The notes below the pieces were generated by a model, which worked only from the letters and a program-made list of their open reading frames with translations, did not search any database and was not told the DNA's origin. This document shows positions 49,801 to 60,267 of a stretch of 64,000 nt of DNA, one piece after another (position 1 is the first letter of the stretch; every line of letters starts with the position of its first letter). A program made the translations under genes and the position numbers. This DNA comes from a virus: IMG/VR virus record IMGVR_UViG_3300008255_000002. One strand, 5' to 3'.

Positions 49801-50291
49801 TATAATTTATAGCACACAACTTGTATATTACTTGGTGTTAAATCTTCTATAATTCGACTAATAATTTTAAAATCTCCGCCGCCCAATCCACCACCAATCA
49901 TAGGAATTGCAATATTATTAAAATTATTTTCCTCTAACCAAACAAATAGTTTTTTAAAGCATTCTTTAATTGCATCATAACTTACATATTGGTGTCCATT
50001 ATATCCAAATCCAGCTTGTGTAATTAAATTTATAACGTATCTAGTATTATGAATTTTAACTACCTGAATCTCCCCTGTTTTCCACCCATATTTATCGTAG
50101 TGTTTTTTATAAATCTTATATGCTTCTGGATATTTGGAACGAATCGCTTTAGCTACTCCTGAACCCATAATACCCATTGAGTTTGCACCATGAGCTATCA
50201 CAACCTCAGTCGCTTCTAAAATATCTCCAACCTTATACTTAATTTTATTCATGCCATCTCCATATATAGACATCTCGTTTTCACCATACAA
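49800..50291 (-). CDS. Macrodomain (ADP-ribose binding/hydrolase) protein; likely start Met at 50252
   Basis: GDI, IAHGAN..G.MGSGVAKAI, INL.TQ, P.IGGGLGGG. Confidence 0.88.
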   Translation of the reverse strand: MYGENEMSIYGDGMNKIKYKVGDILEATEVVIAHGANSMGIMGSGVAKAIRSKYPEAYKIYKKHYDKYGWKTGEIQVVKIHNTRYVINLITQAGFGYNGHQYVSYDAIKECFKKLFVWLEENNFNNIAIPMIGGGLGGGDFKIISRIIEDLTPSNIQVVCYKL

Positions 50292-50382
50292 TCCACCCGC
50301 AAAACCTTCGATGTATGTTGTTTTTGATTTATCAATATGTTTCTGAATTTCTTTAATTTGGTATCTTAATCAATGGTAGCAT
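50280..50382 (-). pseudogene. Remnant of a Dam-type (D12) DNA adenine methyltransferase N-terminus
   Basis: MLPLIK then, in shifted frame, RYQIKEIQKHIDKSKTTYIEGFAGG (cf. motif I Y.EPF.GG). Confidence 0.55.
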
Positions 50383-50993
50383 TAAATCTCTTTTCTATAA
50401 ATTCTTCCACCTAACATATATGTAATATAATGTCTTGTATTTTCATCAGCAGGAAACTGTCTTAATGTAGAATGTGGTGTTAATTGATCTATTCTAATCT
50501 TATGTGGATATATTATAGTCGTTCCTGTATTAACATAATAATATTCGGTATAACCACCATTGATATAATTAATAACATCAATATAACCAGATGGATTATA
50601 AATAATATAAATATTAGGAGCTACAGAATTAATATAACTATTAATCCCGCTAATTTGTAATTCTGTTAAATTTGAATTAACGTTATAATCAAGACAACTT
50701 AAAAGATAACCAGCCTGACTTTCTACATTAAAAAAAAATTCATTTATAGAAGTTCTTTCTATTTCTATTGTATGTGTGAATCCAGAATTCCAAACCAAAG
50801 ATAATCCAGAATAATATAAACGTTCTGTATTATTTCCTATATCTTCTCTGTCATAGTAATACAATTGATTTATTTGCAATGGAATATTATCCATCATTTC
50901 TGAAATTGAATAATAAACACCAGAGACAACATCTGTCATATCTGTATATATATAATTTTTATATTTATTTGGCAATATTTCTGTTAGTGGCAT
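50382..50993 (-). CDS. Hypothetical protein (Tyr/Asn/SG-rich)
   Basis: 203-aa ORF with AGGAG RBS. Confidence 0.6.
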   Translation of the reverse strand: MPLTEILPNKYKNYIYTDMTDVVSGVYYSISEMMDNIPLQINQLYYYDREDIGNNTERLYYSGLSLVWNSGFTHTIEIERTSINEFFFNVESQAGYLLSCLDYNVNSNLTELQISGINSYINSVAPNIYIIYNPSGYIDVINYINGGYTEYYYVNTGTTIIYPHKIRIDQLTPHSTLRQFPADENTRHYITYMLGGRIYRKEI

Positions 50994-51122
50994 TATATAA
51001 CTCCTATTATTAGTTATTTTATATATAAAGACACTAATCTACTTTATAATACTATCTAAATACATTTTATTTAAATTTTCTAAATCATTCTTTAGAAAAA
51101 ACTCTTTTTCTTCTTGCATTGT

Positions 51123-54100
51123 TTAACCACATTTAGAGAAACCACAAGGACAAGAAACACACCCTTCTGATCTAATTAAACTCTCATTAGAACAATTAGG
51201 ACATATCTCGCCTTTTACAGATGTAATAGATTGATATTTTCGTAAGATTCGTGCAATAGCTTTAGCAAAACTATTAACATCGCCTTTTACCTTAGAGAGT
51301 TGATCACATACAAATTCTAAACTTACACCATGACGCAATGACATAGATACCATTCTAGTAATTGTATCTTCGTGTTCGTCGCACGTAGAAGAAATATCTT
51401 CATAAATATCTTTATTATCAATGTTTACTAATTTATAGTGCCCACTTTTTACTTTAACTATTTTTCCTTTTTCTTCCTTTGTAACATTTCCGCAAATTAC
51501 AAATACTTCATATGGATCTTCCCCTAATAAACCAATCAAAATTGTATGTAATTTACCTTTTATTTTAGTAGAATAAATATCACATATAAGTTCTTTTTTT
51601 CTTTTTGGTGCGTCGTATTTATCTATATTTTCTGTTGTTTTTATATTTAATTGCGTGAGTTCTTCATCTGTAAAGTTCTGATTGTGTATCTGAACTCCTT
51701 CTCTGATTAATTTAAATGCAAGGTCTTTAAAATTTATAAATGAAACAATGCCATACATCTTTTTATCTGGAAACGCCGCAATACTTTTAACTTCACGTTT
51801 CCACGCTTCTAAAATAAAATTGTAGACATCTTTCCAATCAGAACCTTCAGGTAACATATATGTAACACTAATAGAACTATCAATCCATTTCATAACACGA
51901 GACATCATATCTAATTTATCTAATGGTTTAATTTCTGTAGCATTCTTGAATTTAATACCAACCAATTCTTTATGTTTATCGATAAAGTCGGCTATTGGTT
52001 TTCCATATTTACCATCCCATGTATCTTTAATAGCATCTGAATTAATAGGTATTTTGTATCCGGTTCTTTCAAAAACATCTCTAACAACAGCGGGAACACA
52101 AAAATAATATTCATATTTACCAGATATACGTGTTCTTTTCCAAAAGTAAATTCCAAATGCGGGTTCGATACCATATGAAAAGCAAAGGTCACGAAACATA
52201 AGTGTTAATGTGCCTGTTGGAGCAATACTTGAACATGTTACATTTCGCATCGCATCGAAAATCAAACCCATTTCAATCATACGTTGAACAAATGGAGATT
52301 TTTCAAATTTATCATGATCAAATAATCCAAAACTACCTTTTTCGCGTCCCAACTCAATTGAAGATTTATACAAGTAGTAATTGTAATATTTAGTAAAATC
52401 CTCGACCGCTTCATTCCCCTCTAACGAACCGTATTCCAAATTCTTCTTAAATAACCAACCAGCAAGATTGGTGTATCCGGCACCTGTACGCCTTAACAAT
52501 TCAATTGCCATCTTTTGATGCGGCGTCGCATATGTCTTATATACAAGTTCGCATTGATTCACATTATCAAGAAATCTATTAACAGATGGACCGATAATAG
52601 ATAGTTCTTGATCGTACTGGGGTTTATTAGGGGAGAATCTACCGGCGTTGAGTGAGGCTAGAACACATAATGATTCGCGGGAAAGATATTGCTCACTGCA
52701 ATTTGCTACATTGCAATTACCAGTCCAATATGTGTGATTATTACCATCAACAGTAATATGAAATACTTCTTCCTCAGAAATAAGTTCAGAAGAAACTATA
52801 TCATATGTTTGTTTTTGCGGTTTGTCTGCCCTCCCTATAGTATTGACTATATTTTCTAATTTATCATTTTTGTATTTTTGAACAAAACCAATTATATGAA
52901 AGAATTTATCTCTGTCTACTGTTATGCTCACATCATAACTTTGTTTGCTTAAATACTCTCCATTTTTCCATTGAATAACTTTTGCTTTATTGGTTGTAAA
53001 ATAAGAACGAATACCAACAGATGACAACATTAATTGGACTTGTTCAATCACCTTATATGATGATGCTTTTAGAGCAATACGATTTCCAGACATTCCGCCG
53101 TTGGCAGTAAATAACCCTCTAAGAAATCCACATACTTTATTACGATCTCCATATAAAAACCTATCTGGAATTGAACGATTGTAAGTATAATCTAAATCTT
53201 CTGATTTAATCGTAGTTTTTACATCATAAGAATATCCATCATTGATACCGTTTTCTTTTCCAATTAAAGTAGATATTTCACTATCAAAGTAATCGTAATC
53301 ATCTTTGCCAACATTTAAGTATACTAAATCATTAGATGCTTTATGAACAGGTCCATCGCCAAACACAATACCATCAACAACATCTTGTATGTCAATATTT
53401 ACATCGGATTGATATTCTCCAGTAAGGATATCAATAGATTCAGATTCATAAACTTCTATTTTTGTACCATTGGAAACAATACGATGATCTTCCGTTCCAT
53501 AAAAAACACCTGCTGTAGTTCTGTATTTATATACTTTTTTAATACCATTTGACCACTTATTAGTGACTGTAACCCAACCATTTTGTGACCAAATACGTTC
53601 TCCAATATAGACTTCTGATAAAGGTCGAATTCCATATTTTGTTAAAATTGGCGACCAACTTGGTTGACATGCATTTGTTGATAAAATCCTACTATCATAT
53701 TCATGTGTTGGGTCATATAGATAATCACTATTACTATACTTACGTGCTATGTCAATATTTTGAATACCCGGCTCTGCATTTTTAGTCATGCATTTGGCGA
53801 GTAATTCTAATAGTTCTACAGAATTAATGGTTTTAGACCATTTTTCTAGTGGGCGATCTTTTTTAGCAATATAGTACCATTTTTTATTACCATTAATTAA
53901 TTCGTATTCACAGTCTTTATCAATTGAATGTTCGTCTATATATACTTTGCTTCCAGCTTTGATTTCAGGAATCTCAAATGTTAATTCCCAATCTCCATTA
54001 ACTAGAACTTGTTCGTAAAAATCGTTTGTGATCTGTACACTAATATTAGCGTTTTGAATTTGTGTGTAATCACTTTTGACCTGAATAAACTTTTTGATAT

Positions 54101-54671
54101 CAGGATGTTTAATATTTAGCGAAAAGAGCATTGCGGGAATTCGCCCTTTTTGTCCAACCTTATATCCAATTGAATCAATAAATCCTAACCAGTGTACAAC
54201 TCCTTCGGATTCATTAGCAGAGTTCAATATACTCATTTTTGCCGGTCTTATTCTAGATCCATCTAAACCAAGACCCTGACGATATGCAGCACATTTAGCA
54301 ACTGTATATGCAGTATTTTTAAATATACTTTCTAGATTGTCCCATTCATTTTTATCATCAATAGTACCCATTGATATAGTTGTACAATTTGATAAGCTGA
54401 TTTTTTTATTACATCCTGCTCCTTGCATGATAGATCCGGCAGGATGCCACCAATCATTATAAATTTCATCAAACCATCTTTCCGCCCAATACTTTTGTAA
54501 TTCTTCTGTTTCTTCTACAGATGCTACATAATCACAAACTCTTTTAAGCGATTGTACATATGTTTCATTTTCTATAGCAGTATACTTTTTATTAAAAGCG
54601 TCTATACTAAATCTATTTCCATAAAAATAATCTTCTGTAGATTGATCTTTTACATCTTCATATTTAATCAT
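51123..54671 (-). CDS. nrdJ: Class II (B12-dependent) ribonucleotide reductase with intein, TSCPD domain and Zn ribbon
   Basis: SLSNC, NISV, EPG, TNA|CSEQ, C.L.S.N, RR.G.G, IAPTGT, GIEP, DSSIS.T; C-terminal CPNC...EGC..C.CG.SKC. Confidence 0.92.
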   Translation of the reverse strand: MIKYEDVKDQSTEDYFYGNRFSIDAFNKKYTAIENETYVQSLKRVCDYVASVEETEELQKYWAERWFDEIYNDWWHPAGSIMQGAGCNKKISLSNCTTISMGTIDDKNEWDNLESIFKNTAYTVAKCAAYRQGLGLDGSRIRPAKMSILNSANESEGVVHWLGFIDSIGYKVGQKGRIPAMLFSLNIKHPDIKKFIQVKSDYTQIQNANISVQITNDFYEQVLVNGDWELTFEIPEIKAGSKVYIDEHSIDKDCEYELINGNKKWYYIAKKDRPLEKWSKTINSVELLELLAKCMTKNAEPGIQNIDIARKYSNSDYLYDPTHEYDSRILSTNACQPSWSPILTKYGIRPLSEVYIGERIWSQNGWVTVTNKWSNGIKKVYKYRTTAGVFYGTEDHRIVSNGTKIEVYESESIDILTGEYQSDVNIDIQDVVDGIVFGDGPVHKASNDLVYLNVGKDDYDYFDSEISTLIGKENGINDGYSYDVKTTIKSEDLDYTYNRSIPDRFLYGDRNKVCGFLRGLFTANGGMSGNRIALKASSYKVIEQVQLMLSSVGIRSYFTTNKAKVIQWKNGEYLSKQSYDVSITVDRDKFFHIIGFVQKYKNDKLENIVNTIGRADKPQKQTYDIVSSELISEEEVFHITVDGNNHTYWTGNCNVANCSEQYLSRESLCVLASLNAGRFSPNKPQYDQELSIIGPSVNRFLDNVNQCELVYKTYATPHQKMAIELLRRTGAGYTNLAGWLFKKNLEYGSLEGNEAVEDFTKYYNYYLYKSSIELGREKGSFGLFDHDKFEKSPFVQRMIEMGLIFDAMRNVTCSSIAPTGTLTLMFRDLCFSYGIEPAFGIYFWKRTRISGKYEYYFCVPAVVRDVFERTGYKIPINSDAIKDTWDGKYGKPIADFIDKHKELVGIKFKNATEIKPLDKLDMMSRVMKWIDSSISVTYMLPEGSDWKDVYNFILEAWKREVKSIAAFPDKKMYGIVSFINFKDLAFKLIREGVQIHNQNFTDEELTQLNIKTTENIDKYDAPKRKKELICDIYSTKIKGKLHTILIGLLGEDPYEVFVICGNVTKEEKGKIVKVKSGHYKLVNIDNKDIYEDISSTCDEHEDTITRMVSMSLRHGVSLEFVCDQLSKVKGDVNSFAKAIARILRKYQSITSVKGEICPNCSNESLIRSEGCVSCPCGFSKCG
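52701..53669 (-). mobile_element. Intein (323 aa) at the RNR thiyl-radical Cys
   Basis: TNA|CQPSWS...TEDH...GIVFGDG...VFHITV..NHTY...VAN|CSEQ. Confidence 0.88.
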
Positions 54672-54712
54672 ATAACCCTCTAACTATTTTATGTTTCGTA
54701 ATTCCATGAAGA

Positions 54713-54723
54713 ATATATACACT
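54713..54723 (-). promoter_or_regulatory. Putative phage promoter motif GTGTATATA
   Basis: 51 nt before nrdJ start. Confidence 0.5.
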
Positions 54724-54726
54724 TAA

Positions 54727-55527
54727 TTATTCTACCAGAATTTTATCTATATCGCTTTGACTTGGATGCTCAGAATCATCAAATAACCACATTAAATTAT
54801 TATCTTTTGCCCATACTTTTAATTCACGAATTGGGGTTACTAGATTAAATGTCTCTCCCGCGCCGCGAACTAACATTGCAATCCAATATCCATTTTTATC
54901 ATAGATGCCACCACCAGAAGAACCGGGAAACGCACCAACAGAAACTTGATCTAACACTCTATTATTAATAATTCTTCCGTGTTGTGATATAGATCCTTTT
55001 GTGACTGAATTTGCACCATCTTCCCCTAATAAACTCCCACAATGTAGTACGTCTGAAAGAACAGGAGGAATGATATTATCTTTATAAAATTCGATATGTT
55101 TATCAAATGCTAAAGGTTTTCTAATTTGTAAAACAGCTACATCATATCCATTATCAGCATCACTATATTTAACAACTTTAGCTTGATATTCAATACGTCC
55201 AACTGTTCTCCCTTCATAAATAACAACCTGCATTATTGTAGCATCATCAAATTCTATAATTTTTACTTCTTGTTTATTTTCAATGCTTGTGCGAACTTTC
55301 CTTAAACCTTTTACAACATGTGCGGCTGTTAATACAAAATCATTATTTCCTTTTCTTACAATAACACCGCTTCCTTGTGAGAAACCAGCTTTAATTGTCA
55401 CAGACACATCTTGTAAATAAGAAGGAACTTGATTAACGTCTTGTGGAACTTGAGCTACGACTACACTACTCATTAATAATAAAAAAAATAATGACTTCAT
55501 ATTAAATCTCCTTATCCATTGAAACAT
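54727..55527 (-). CDS. Secreted trypsin-like serine protease
   Basis: Signal peptide MKSLFFLLLMSSVVVA; GSGV, LTAAHV, DVAVL, PGSSGGG. Confidence 0.88.
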   Translation of the reverse strand: MFQWIRRFNMKSLFFLLLMSSVVVAQVPQDVNQVPSYLQDVSVTIKAGFSQGSGVIVRKGNNDFVLTAAHVVKGLRKVRTSIENKQEVKIIEFDDATIMQVVIYEGRTVGRIEYQAKVVKYSDADNGYDVAVLQIRKPLAFDKHIEFYKDNIIPPVLSDVLHCGSLLGEDGANSVTKGSISQHGRIINNRVLDQVSVGAFPGSSGGGIYDKNGYWIAMLVRGAGETFNLVTPIRELKVWAKDNNLMWLFDDSEHPSQSDIDKILVE

Positions 55528-55762
55528 AAGTTATATTTACAAATTCGTTTTCTTTTGGTTGTTTTTCTAGTAAAAAACTTAAATATTCTTCAAATTTAGT
55601 TGGGTGTTTGAATTCTTTTAGTGTTGCAGAAATTATCGTTTCTTTATATGGTCTTTCATAATAATATATCTCTGTATTTTTTGATAAATATCCACCAGTT
55701 ACAACACCAGTAACACGTTTAAATAATTCTCTTCTGAACATCAATAATTTCTTACCCCCCAA
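55502..55762 (-). CDS. Hypothetical protein
   Basis: Likely start MFRRELFK. Confidence 0.4.
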   Translation of the reverse strand: MGGKKLLMFRRELFKRVTGVVTGGYLSKNTEIYYYERPYKETIISATLKEFKHPTKFEEYLSFLLEKQPKENEFVNITYVSMDKEI

Positions 55763-56295
55763 ATAATAGTGTTTCGGTTAGGGAGTGTTCCAACATATCC
55801 GGCAAAAGTAGAAAACTCAATAATCGCCCCATCATACTTTTCTAGTAGTTCAAATATATCGTTATAGCTATTAGGATCTAACAAACCCTCTAACAAAAGT
55901 TTTGCCTTGATACCTTCAGCACGATTATAATTTTTCTGTAGTGCGTGGCGCAAGTTCCCTTGATTAAATGTATATTCTAAGACAAGACCAGTATCGCTAT
56001 AATATAACTCGTCTTGGATTAAACGATACTCTTTTTCTTTTATGGGGATTTCCCCAAATGTGAATAAATTTAGATTTGCACCTTTTTTAATTAAATCTAC
56101 TAGAATTCCGTCAATATCTTTATATTCTACAACAGGAACAAAGTATCCAGAATCCCTGATTAGATATCTAAGAGTTATTAACCCTTTATATCCGCTTTGA
56201 ATATATTCATCATATGACATCCAAACACGAAATGTATTTCCCAATAATCCTTCTTGTGATTTTTGATAGAAGTCTTTTTTATTAGTTATTTTCAT
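55741..56295 (-). CDS. Hypothetical protein, paralog of 62265..62816
   Basis: Shared KK.FY...LLGN, RY, LIQ.E, DPNSYND..LL..YD.A.IEF, NRNTI.W.VRNY. Confidence 0.65.
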   Translation of the reverse strand: MKITNKKDFYQKSQEGLLGNTFRVWMSYDEYIQSGYKGLITLRYLIRDSGYFVPVVEYKDIDGILVDLIKKGANLNLFTFGEIPIKEKEYRLIQDELYYSDTGLVLEYTFNQGNLRHALQKNYNRAEGIKAKLLLEGLLDPNSYNDIFELLEKYDGAIIEFSTFAGYVGTLPNRNTIIWGVRNY

Positions 56296-56533
56296 CTAAA
56301 ATTCTAAATGTATAGATAGATTCTTTATTGATTGTAAAATCTATTTTAGACAACACTAATTTTAAATAAATTTTTCCTGATATAAAATTGTATGTCTGTA
56401 GATTACTACCGCTCCCTAAATCAATATCATTACCAAGACTTCTTTTTACTATTAATTCTTTACCATTAGTTGTTGCTTCAACATTTGTATTTAATAATTC
56501 TTCGTCGGAATAAAAATTCCCTATTATATCCAT
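56282..56533 (-). CDS. Hypothetical protein
   Basis: 83-aa ORF in operon. Confidence 0.45.
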   Translation of the reverse strand: MDIIGNFYSDEELLNTNVEATTNGKELIVKRSLGNDIDLGSGSNLQTYNFISGKIYLKLVLSKIDFTINKESIYTFRILDENN

Positions 56534-57045
56534 CTATATTCCCCTCCCTTAAAAATTCTTTCCTTTAATACACCATCGTATACATCAAATTGAATACCGG
56601 ATTCGTGTAATATTTCGTGCCCTAATTCTATCGAATCTAACCATTTAGTGTTTTTATCTAAACTAATTTTATGAGTTACGACCCTTTTAATTCCTACACC
56701 AGCTATACTTAAACAACATTCAATACACCCAACCCAATAACAATATAAGGTTGAATTAATTATATGATTATGTTTTTTTATAGCATCATAAATTGCTGCG
56801 CGTTCTGCATGAAGAATTTTCTTTTTGTTTTTATCAGGCACTACACCGTTAATATAATGATTATATCCTTCTCCGATAATTAATCCGCCACAATTTATTA
56901 AGATTGCTCCTATTTTTGTTCTCGGGTCTGGACTATTATTACTTAATGTAATTGATTTTTTTAAAAATACAATATCTTGATTATTAATCATGTTTATCCT
57001 TATTATATTTAGATACTTTATTACACCATTCAATAAATTCTTCAT
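56524..57045 (-). CDS. dCMP deaminase
   Basis: S.DP.TKIGA, GYN, HAE..AI, TLYC, C.EC, GIKRVV. Confidence 0.85.
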   Translation of the reverse strand: MKNLLNGVIKYLNIIRINMINNQDIVFLKKSITLSNNSPDPRTKIGAILINCGGLIIGEGYNHYINGVVPDKNKKKILHAERAAIYDAIKKHNHIINSTLYCYWVGCIECCLSIAGVGIKRVVTHKISLDKNTKWLDSIELGHEILHESGIQFDVYDGVLKERIFKGGEYRWI

Positions 57046-57778
57046 CGGTTAAATCTTGTTTCATTATATTTATAATTTTATGAACCCATTGTACGTTTTC
57101 ATTAATGTATCCTTTAGAAGAATTTATTCTATCAAGAGATGCTGTTGTTTCTTTACTGTATTTATTTCCCCATTTTTTACAAAATTTAATTGTTTCTCCG
57201 GTTAGAGTACATTTTTTATCTTGTTTTAAAAATAAATTCCATAAAAATTCTGCCGACAAACTAAATTCTAAACCTCTCGAACTAGCACCCCTTTTAATAC
57301 TGTATATATGAGCACCTGAAATTTCTTTAAATCCAGTAGATCTAATATGATTGTTTTGTGAGTGGTTTTCTTTGCATCCACATGTTGTATTGTTTCCGCT
57401 TGTTAATGAATTACTATTAAGTTTTTTTAATTTTCCACAACTGCATTTGCATAACCATAAAGCACCACTATATTTAGTCTTTTCTGGACATAGCTCTAAT
57501 ATAGTTAATTCTCCAAATTTCTTCCCTGTTAAATCAACAAAATTATATTTTGGTCTGCTTTTGTAATAACATCCACAAGACATAATCCTTGTTTTTTTAT
57601 AACAATTTAGATTTCTATGTTTTACCTTAATTTCTATGCCACAATCACACCTACAAAGCCATATAATTCTACTAGTATTGTGTTTTCCTTCTAATTGATT
57701 TGGTAATCTTTTTATTACAGTTAACATACCAAATCTTTGATTTTCTTTATCTATAAATTTTCCCATAATATTTATCAC
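56984..57778 (-). CDS. HNH-type homing endonuclease
   Basis: Two W.C.C.CG...CGC repeats, SLDRI.SSKGY...NVQWVHK.IN.MK. Confidence 0.85.
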   Translation of the reverse strand: MINIMGKFIDKENQRFGMLTVIKRLPNQLEGKHNTSRIIWLCRCDCGIEIKVKHRNLNCYKKTRIMSCGCYYKSRPKYNFVDLTGKKFGELTILELCPEKTKYSGALWLCKCSCGKLKKLNSNSLTSGNNTTCGCKENHSQNNHIRSTGFKEISGAHIYSIKRGASSRGLEFSLSAEFLWNLFLKQDKKCTLTGETIKFCKKWGNKYSKETTASLDRINSSKGYINENVQWVHKIINIMKQDLTDEEFIEWCNKVSKYNKDKHD

Positions 57779-58050
57779 TTATCATATAACTTATCCATAT
57801 TAACTTTGTGTTTTTCTATTGTTTTATTAACACAACTACATGTAATTAATATATCTCTTTCCATGTGAGGTTGATTAATATGAAGATATCCTTTTCCATG
57901 ACACTTTTTGCATTGTCTGCAAGAAACAGGGGAGTTTTTCCATTTATCTCTCCCCTTGCTTCTTTTTGCATAAAATTCGCATGTTTCTTTATCAATTTCT
58001 GAATTACTGATTTTTCCTAGTGTCTTGTGATCTAGCATTTCTACTATCAT
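57775..58050 (-). CDS. Small Zn-finger protein
   Basis: C..C..C.G.G...CSC. Confidence 0.55.
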   Translation of the reverse strand: MIVEMLDHKTLGKISNSEIDKETCEFYAKRSKGRDKWKNSPVSCRQCKKCHGKGYLHINQPHMERDILITCSCVNKTIEKHKVNMDKLYDK

Positions 58051-58528
58051 ATAATTTAATCCTATTTAATTGGTTGTCAATTACAGATTGTGTAATTCCT
58101 TTTGATGCTCTATTGATGAGTAGTTCGTACACGTCATATTGTACATTTTCCTTGAAATTCCTATCTGGATTTTCCAGCTTATCAGATGTTGCTTTTTTGA
58201 TATATCTCCATAAAATCCATCTATATAATGTATTAGGGTTACTAAAACGTTCTGCTTTTGTTTGACAATTTTCGATTAGCAATTTAACCACAAAGGTAGC
58301 AACAACAATGATAACGTCAACGTATTGTACTGCTCCCTCATCTTTTAATTTAAAGTATTCGTCTTGATATGCAGATGGAATACCTATTTCATTTGCGATA
58401 TTATAAAATTCGTTATATAATGGGTGTGTTTTATACATAATATTATTTCCATAAATAAAAGTCTGATTTTTGTAATTCTTTAGATCTTTCTTCAAAACCA
58501 TTAACATTACTATATGTGTATGAATCAC
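58004..58528 (-). CDS. Hypothetical protein with one hydrophobic helix (likely start MYKTHP)
   Basis: VDVIIVVATFVVKLLIENC segment. Confidence 0.5.
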   Translation of the reverse strand: MIHTHIVMLMVLKKDLKNYKNQTFIYGNNIMYKTHPLYNEFYNIANEIGIPSAYQDEYFKLKDEGAVQYVDVIIVVATFVVKLLIENCQTKAERFSNPNTLYRWILWRYIKKATSDKLENPDRNFKENVQYDVYELLINRASKGITQSVIDNQLNRIKLYDSRNARSQDTRKNQ

Positions 58529-59372
58529 CTTGTTTTAACATTTTATCTAAATATTCTCCGCGAACACGTAAACATCCTGCCGGTAATTGTTCACCAGTTT
58601 GAAAATCAACTAAACGACCATGAACATTACCCCAACTATTTAAAATAATGAAATATAAACCATATTGAGGGTGCCATTCAAATCCACAAATGGACATGCA
58701 ATGATTCCAAACGCCTCTTGGAGCGTGAAATCCATCACGCGAAGCTTGCATATTAAACCCCCAATCACTACATACGCTTGTGTAGTATCCATTCATTAGG
58801 GCAATAGCACAATCTTCAGCGCTTGTTACTTTTGCGGTTACTCTAACTAAATGTTTTTTACCTATTTCTAAGAAGTTAGATGGTGGTCCGTTTCTTCCCC
58901 AGCTTTTAGCAATACTTCCTTGATATTTTTGTAATCCAGGAGTATCACTTGCTAATATTCCGTATTGTTTAACTGCATCTTGTTGCCAAACACCTAAACT
59001 ACCATCTCCCCATAATCGACCCCCACCAATTTGTACCCTACCAGTACCATAAAAATATGGAGCATATAATTCTTTATAGTTATCAAATTCTGTTGGACGA
59101 ATAAAAATATCTGCCAGAATATTATATTCATTAACTTGTTTTGCGCCGAAACTTACACAATCACCGATTTCTTGAATATATACTGGTAAATCTTTTCCTA
59201 GGACTTTGCGGTTGATTTCCCAACCCATAAATCTTTTATCTTTAATATCTGTGATTAGTTTATAGGTAGAAATATTATCTACATTATCACCAAATAGATA
59301 AAAATGCTCTTTTAAAACATCTTCACCTGCCCACCCACAATAATTACTAGAAACGTCTTTTGTAATACGCAT
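58443..59372 (-). CDS. Papain-like (C1) cysteine peptidase
   Basis: Q..GDCVSF (Gln, Cys), NHCM (His), ILNSWG (Asn). Confidence 0.85.
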   Translation of the reverse strand: MRITKDVSSNYCGWAGEDVLKEHFYLFGDNVDNISTYKLITDIKDKRFMGWEINRKVLGKDLPVYIQEIGDCVSFGAKQVNEYNILADIFIRPTEFDNYKELYAPYFYGTGRVQIGGGRLWGDGSLGVWQQDAVKQYGILASDTPGLQKYQGSIAKSWGRNGPPSNFLEIGKKHLVRVTAKVTSAEDCAIALMNGYYTSVCSDWGFNMQASRDGFHAPRGVWNHCMSICGFEWHPQYGLYFIILNSWGNVHGRLVDFQTGEQLPAGCLRVRGEYLDKMLKQGDSYTYSNVNGFEERSKELQKSDFYLWK

Positions 59373-59405
59373 AAAAATATCCTCTTAATATAATTTAACC
59401 TTAAG

Positions 59406-59417
59406 ATTAAATACACT
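59406..59417 (-). promoter_or_regulatory. Putative phage promoter motif GTGTATTTAAT
   Basis: 44 nt before peptidase start. Confidence 0.55.
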
Positions 59418-59434
59418 ATTAAGAATATCTATCT

Positions 59435-60235
59435 TTATTTAACATTCTCTAATCCTATAGCAATATCGTTCCAATAATCCGCATATTGAGGAACAGTTAT
59501 TAATAATTTATTATTATACTGAACCCAAAGATAATCTTGTAAATTATACAAAAATTTAGAAATATGATTTTGTGTAATTCCAAGTGGTTCTAGTTTCTGT
59601 TGATTTAATATTGCTGTGCTTGTTGTAATTGTTTGTGGTGTTGATGTAGAATTTATTGATCTAGCCACTTCTCTAAAATTTTCTGCCATTACTTTAGCAA
59701 CATTTTTATCTAAATTTAATTCATTAAACCATTTAAGAGATAATTTAGATGTTTCATTTAAATCTGGTAATGGAGGGTCTGGATCAGGGTTTGGTGTTGG
59801 ACCTATTCCGTTTACAGTTACTTTTGTTTGTGCATCAATTGTTTTTGTAAATGTTTTATCGTCAACTTCATATATTAAATCAACAGAAACTTTTATATCA
59901 AATTCATCTTTTGCAATAACCCAATTATTATTATTAATAACATAATTAACACCAACACCCAAGATAATTTCATCATTAAAAACCCTAAAAGGTTTTGTAG
60001 ATTCCCATTTTATTTTTTTATCTTTAATATTATCTGGAGCATGATCTTTCAGATTAATCCCAAAACTAGCCAAATCACCTGGATTATATGGGCGTTCTGC
60101 GCCGGTAATACTAACACTTGGTTTAATAATTGAATCAACAACAATAACCTTACCATTAAGAATTGCTAATTCAGAAGAGAACGTATTTTGTGATCCTAGA
60201 ATCAAAACTAAAGACAGAACGATATATTTAAACAT
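59435..60235 (-). CDS. Secreted protein with Pro-rich linker
   Basis: Signal peptide MFKYIVLSLVLILG; GPTPNPDPDPPLP between beta-rich and helical halves. Confidence 0.65.
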   Translation of the reverse strand: MFKYIVLSLVLILGSQNTFSSELAILNGKVIVVDSIIKPSVSITGAERPYNPGDLASFGINLKDHAPDNIKDKKIKWESTKPFRVFNDEIILGVGVNYVINNNNWVIAKDEFDIKVSVDLIYEVDDKTFTKTIDAQTKVTVNGIGPTPNPDPDPPLPDLNETSKLSLKWFNELNLDKNVAKVMAENFREVARSINSTSTPQTITTSTAILNQQKLEPLGITQNHISKFLYNLQDYLWVQYNNKLLITVPQYADYWNDIAIGLENVK

Positions 60236-60267
60236 AAAATTATCCCCTTAATAAAACTGTATTTTAA

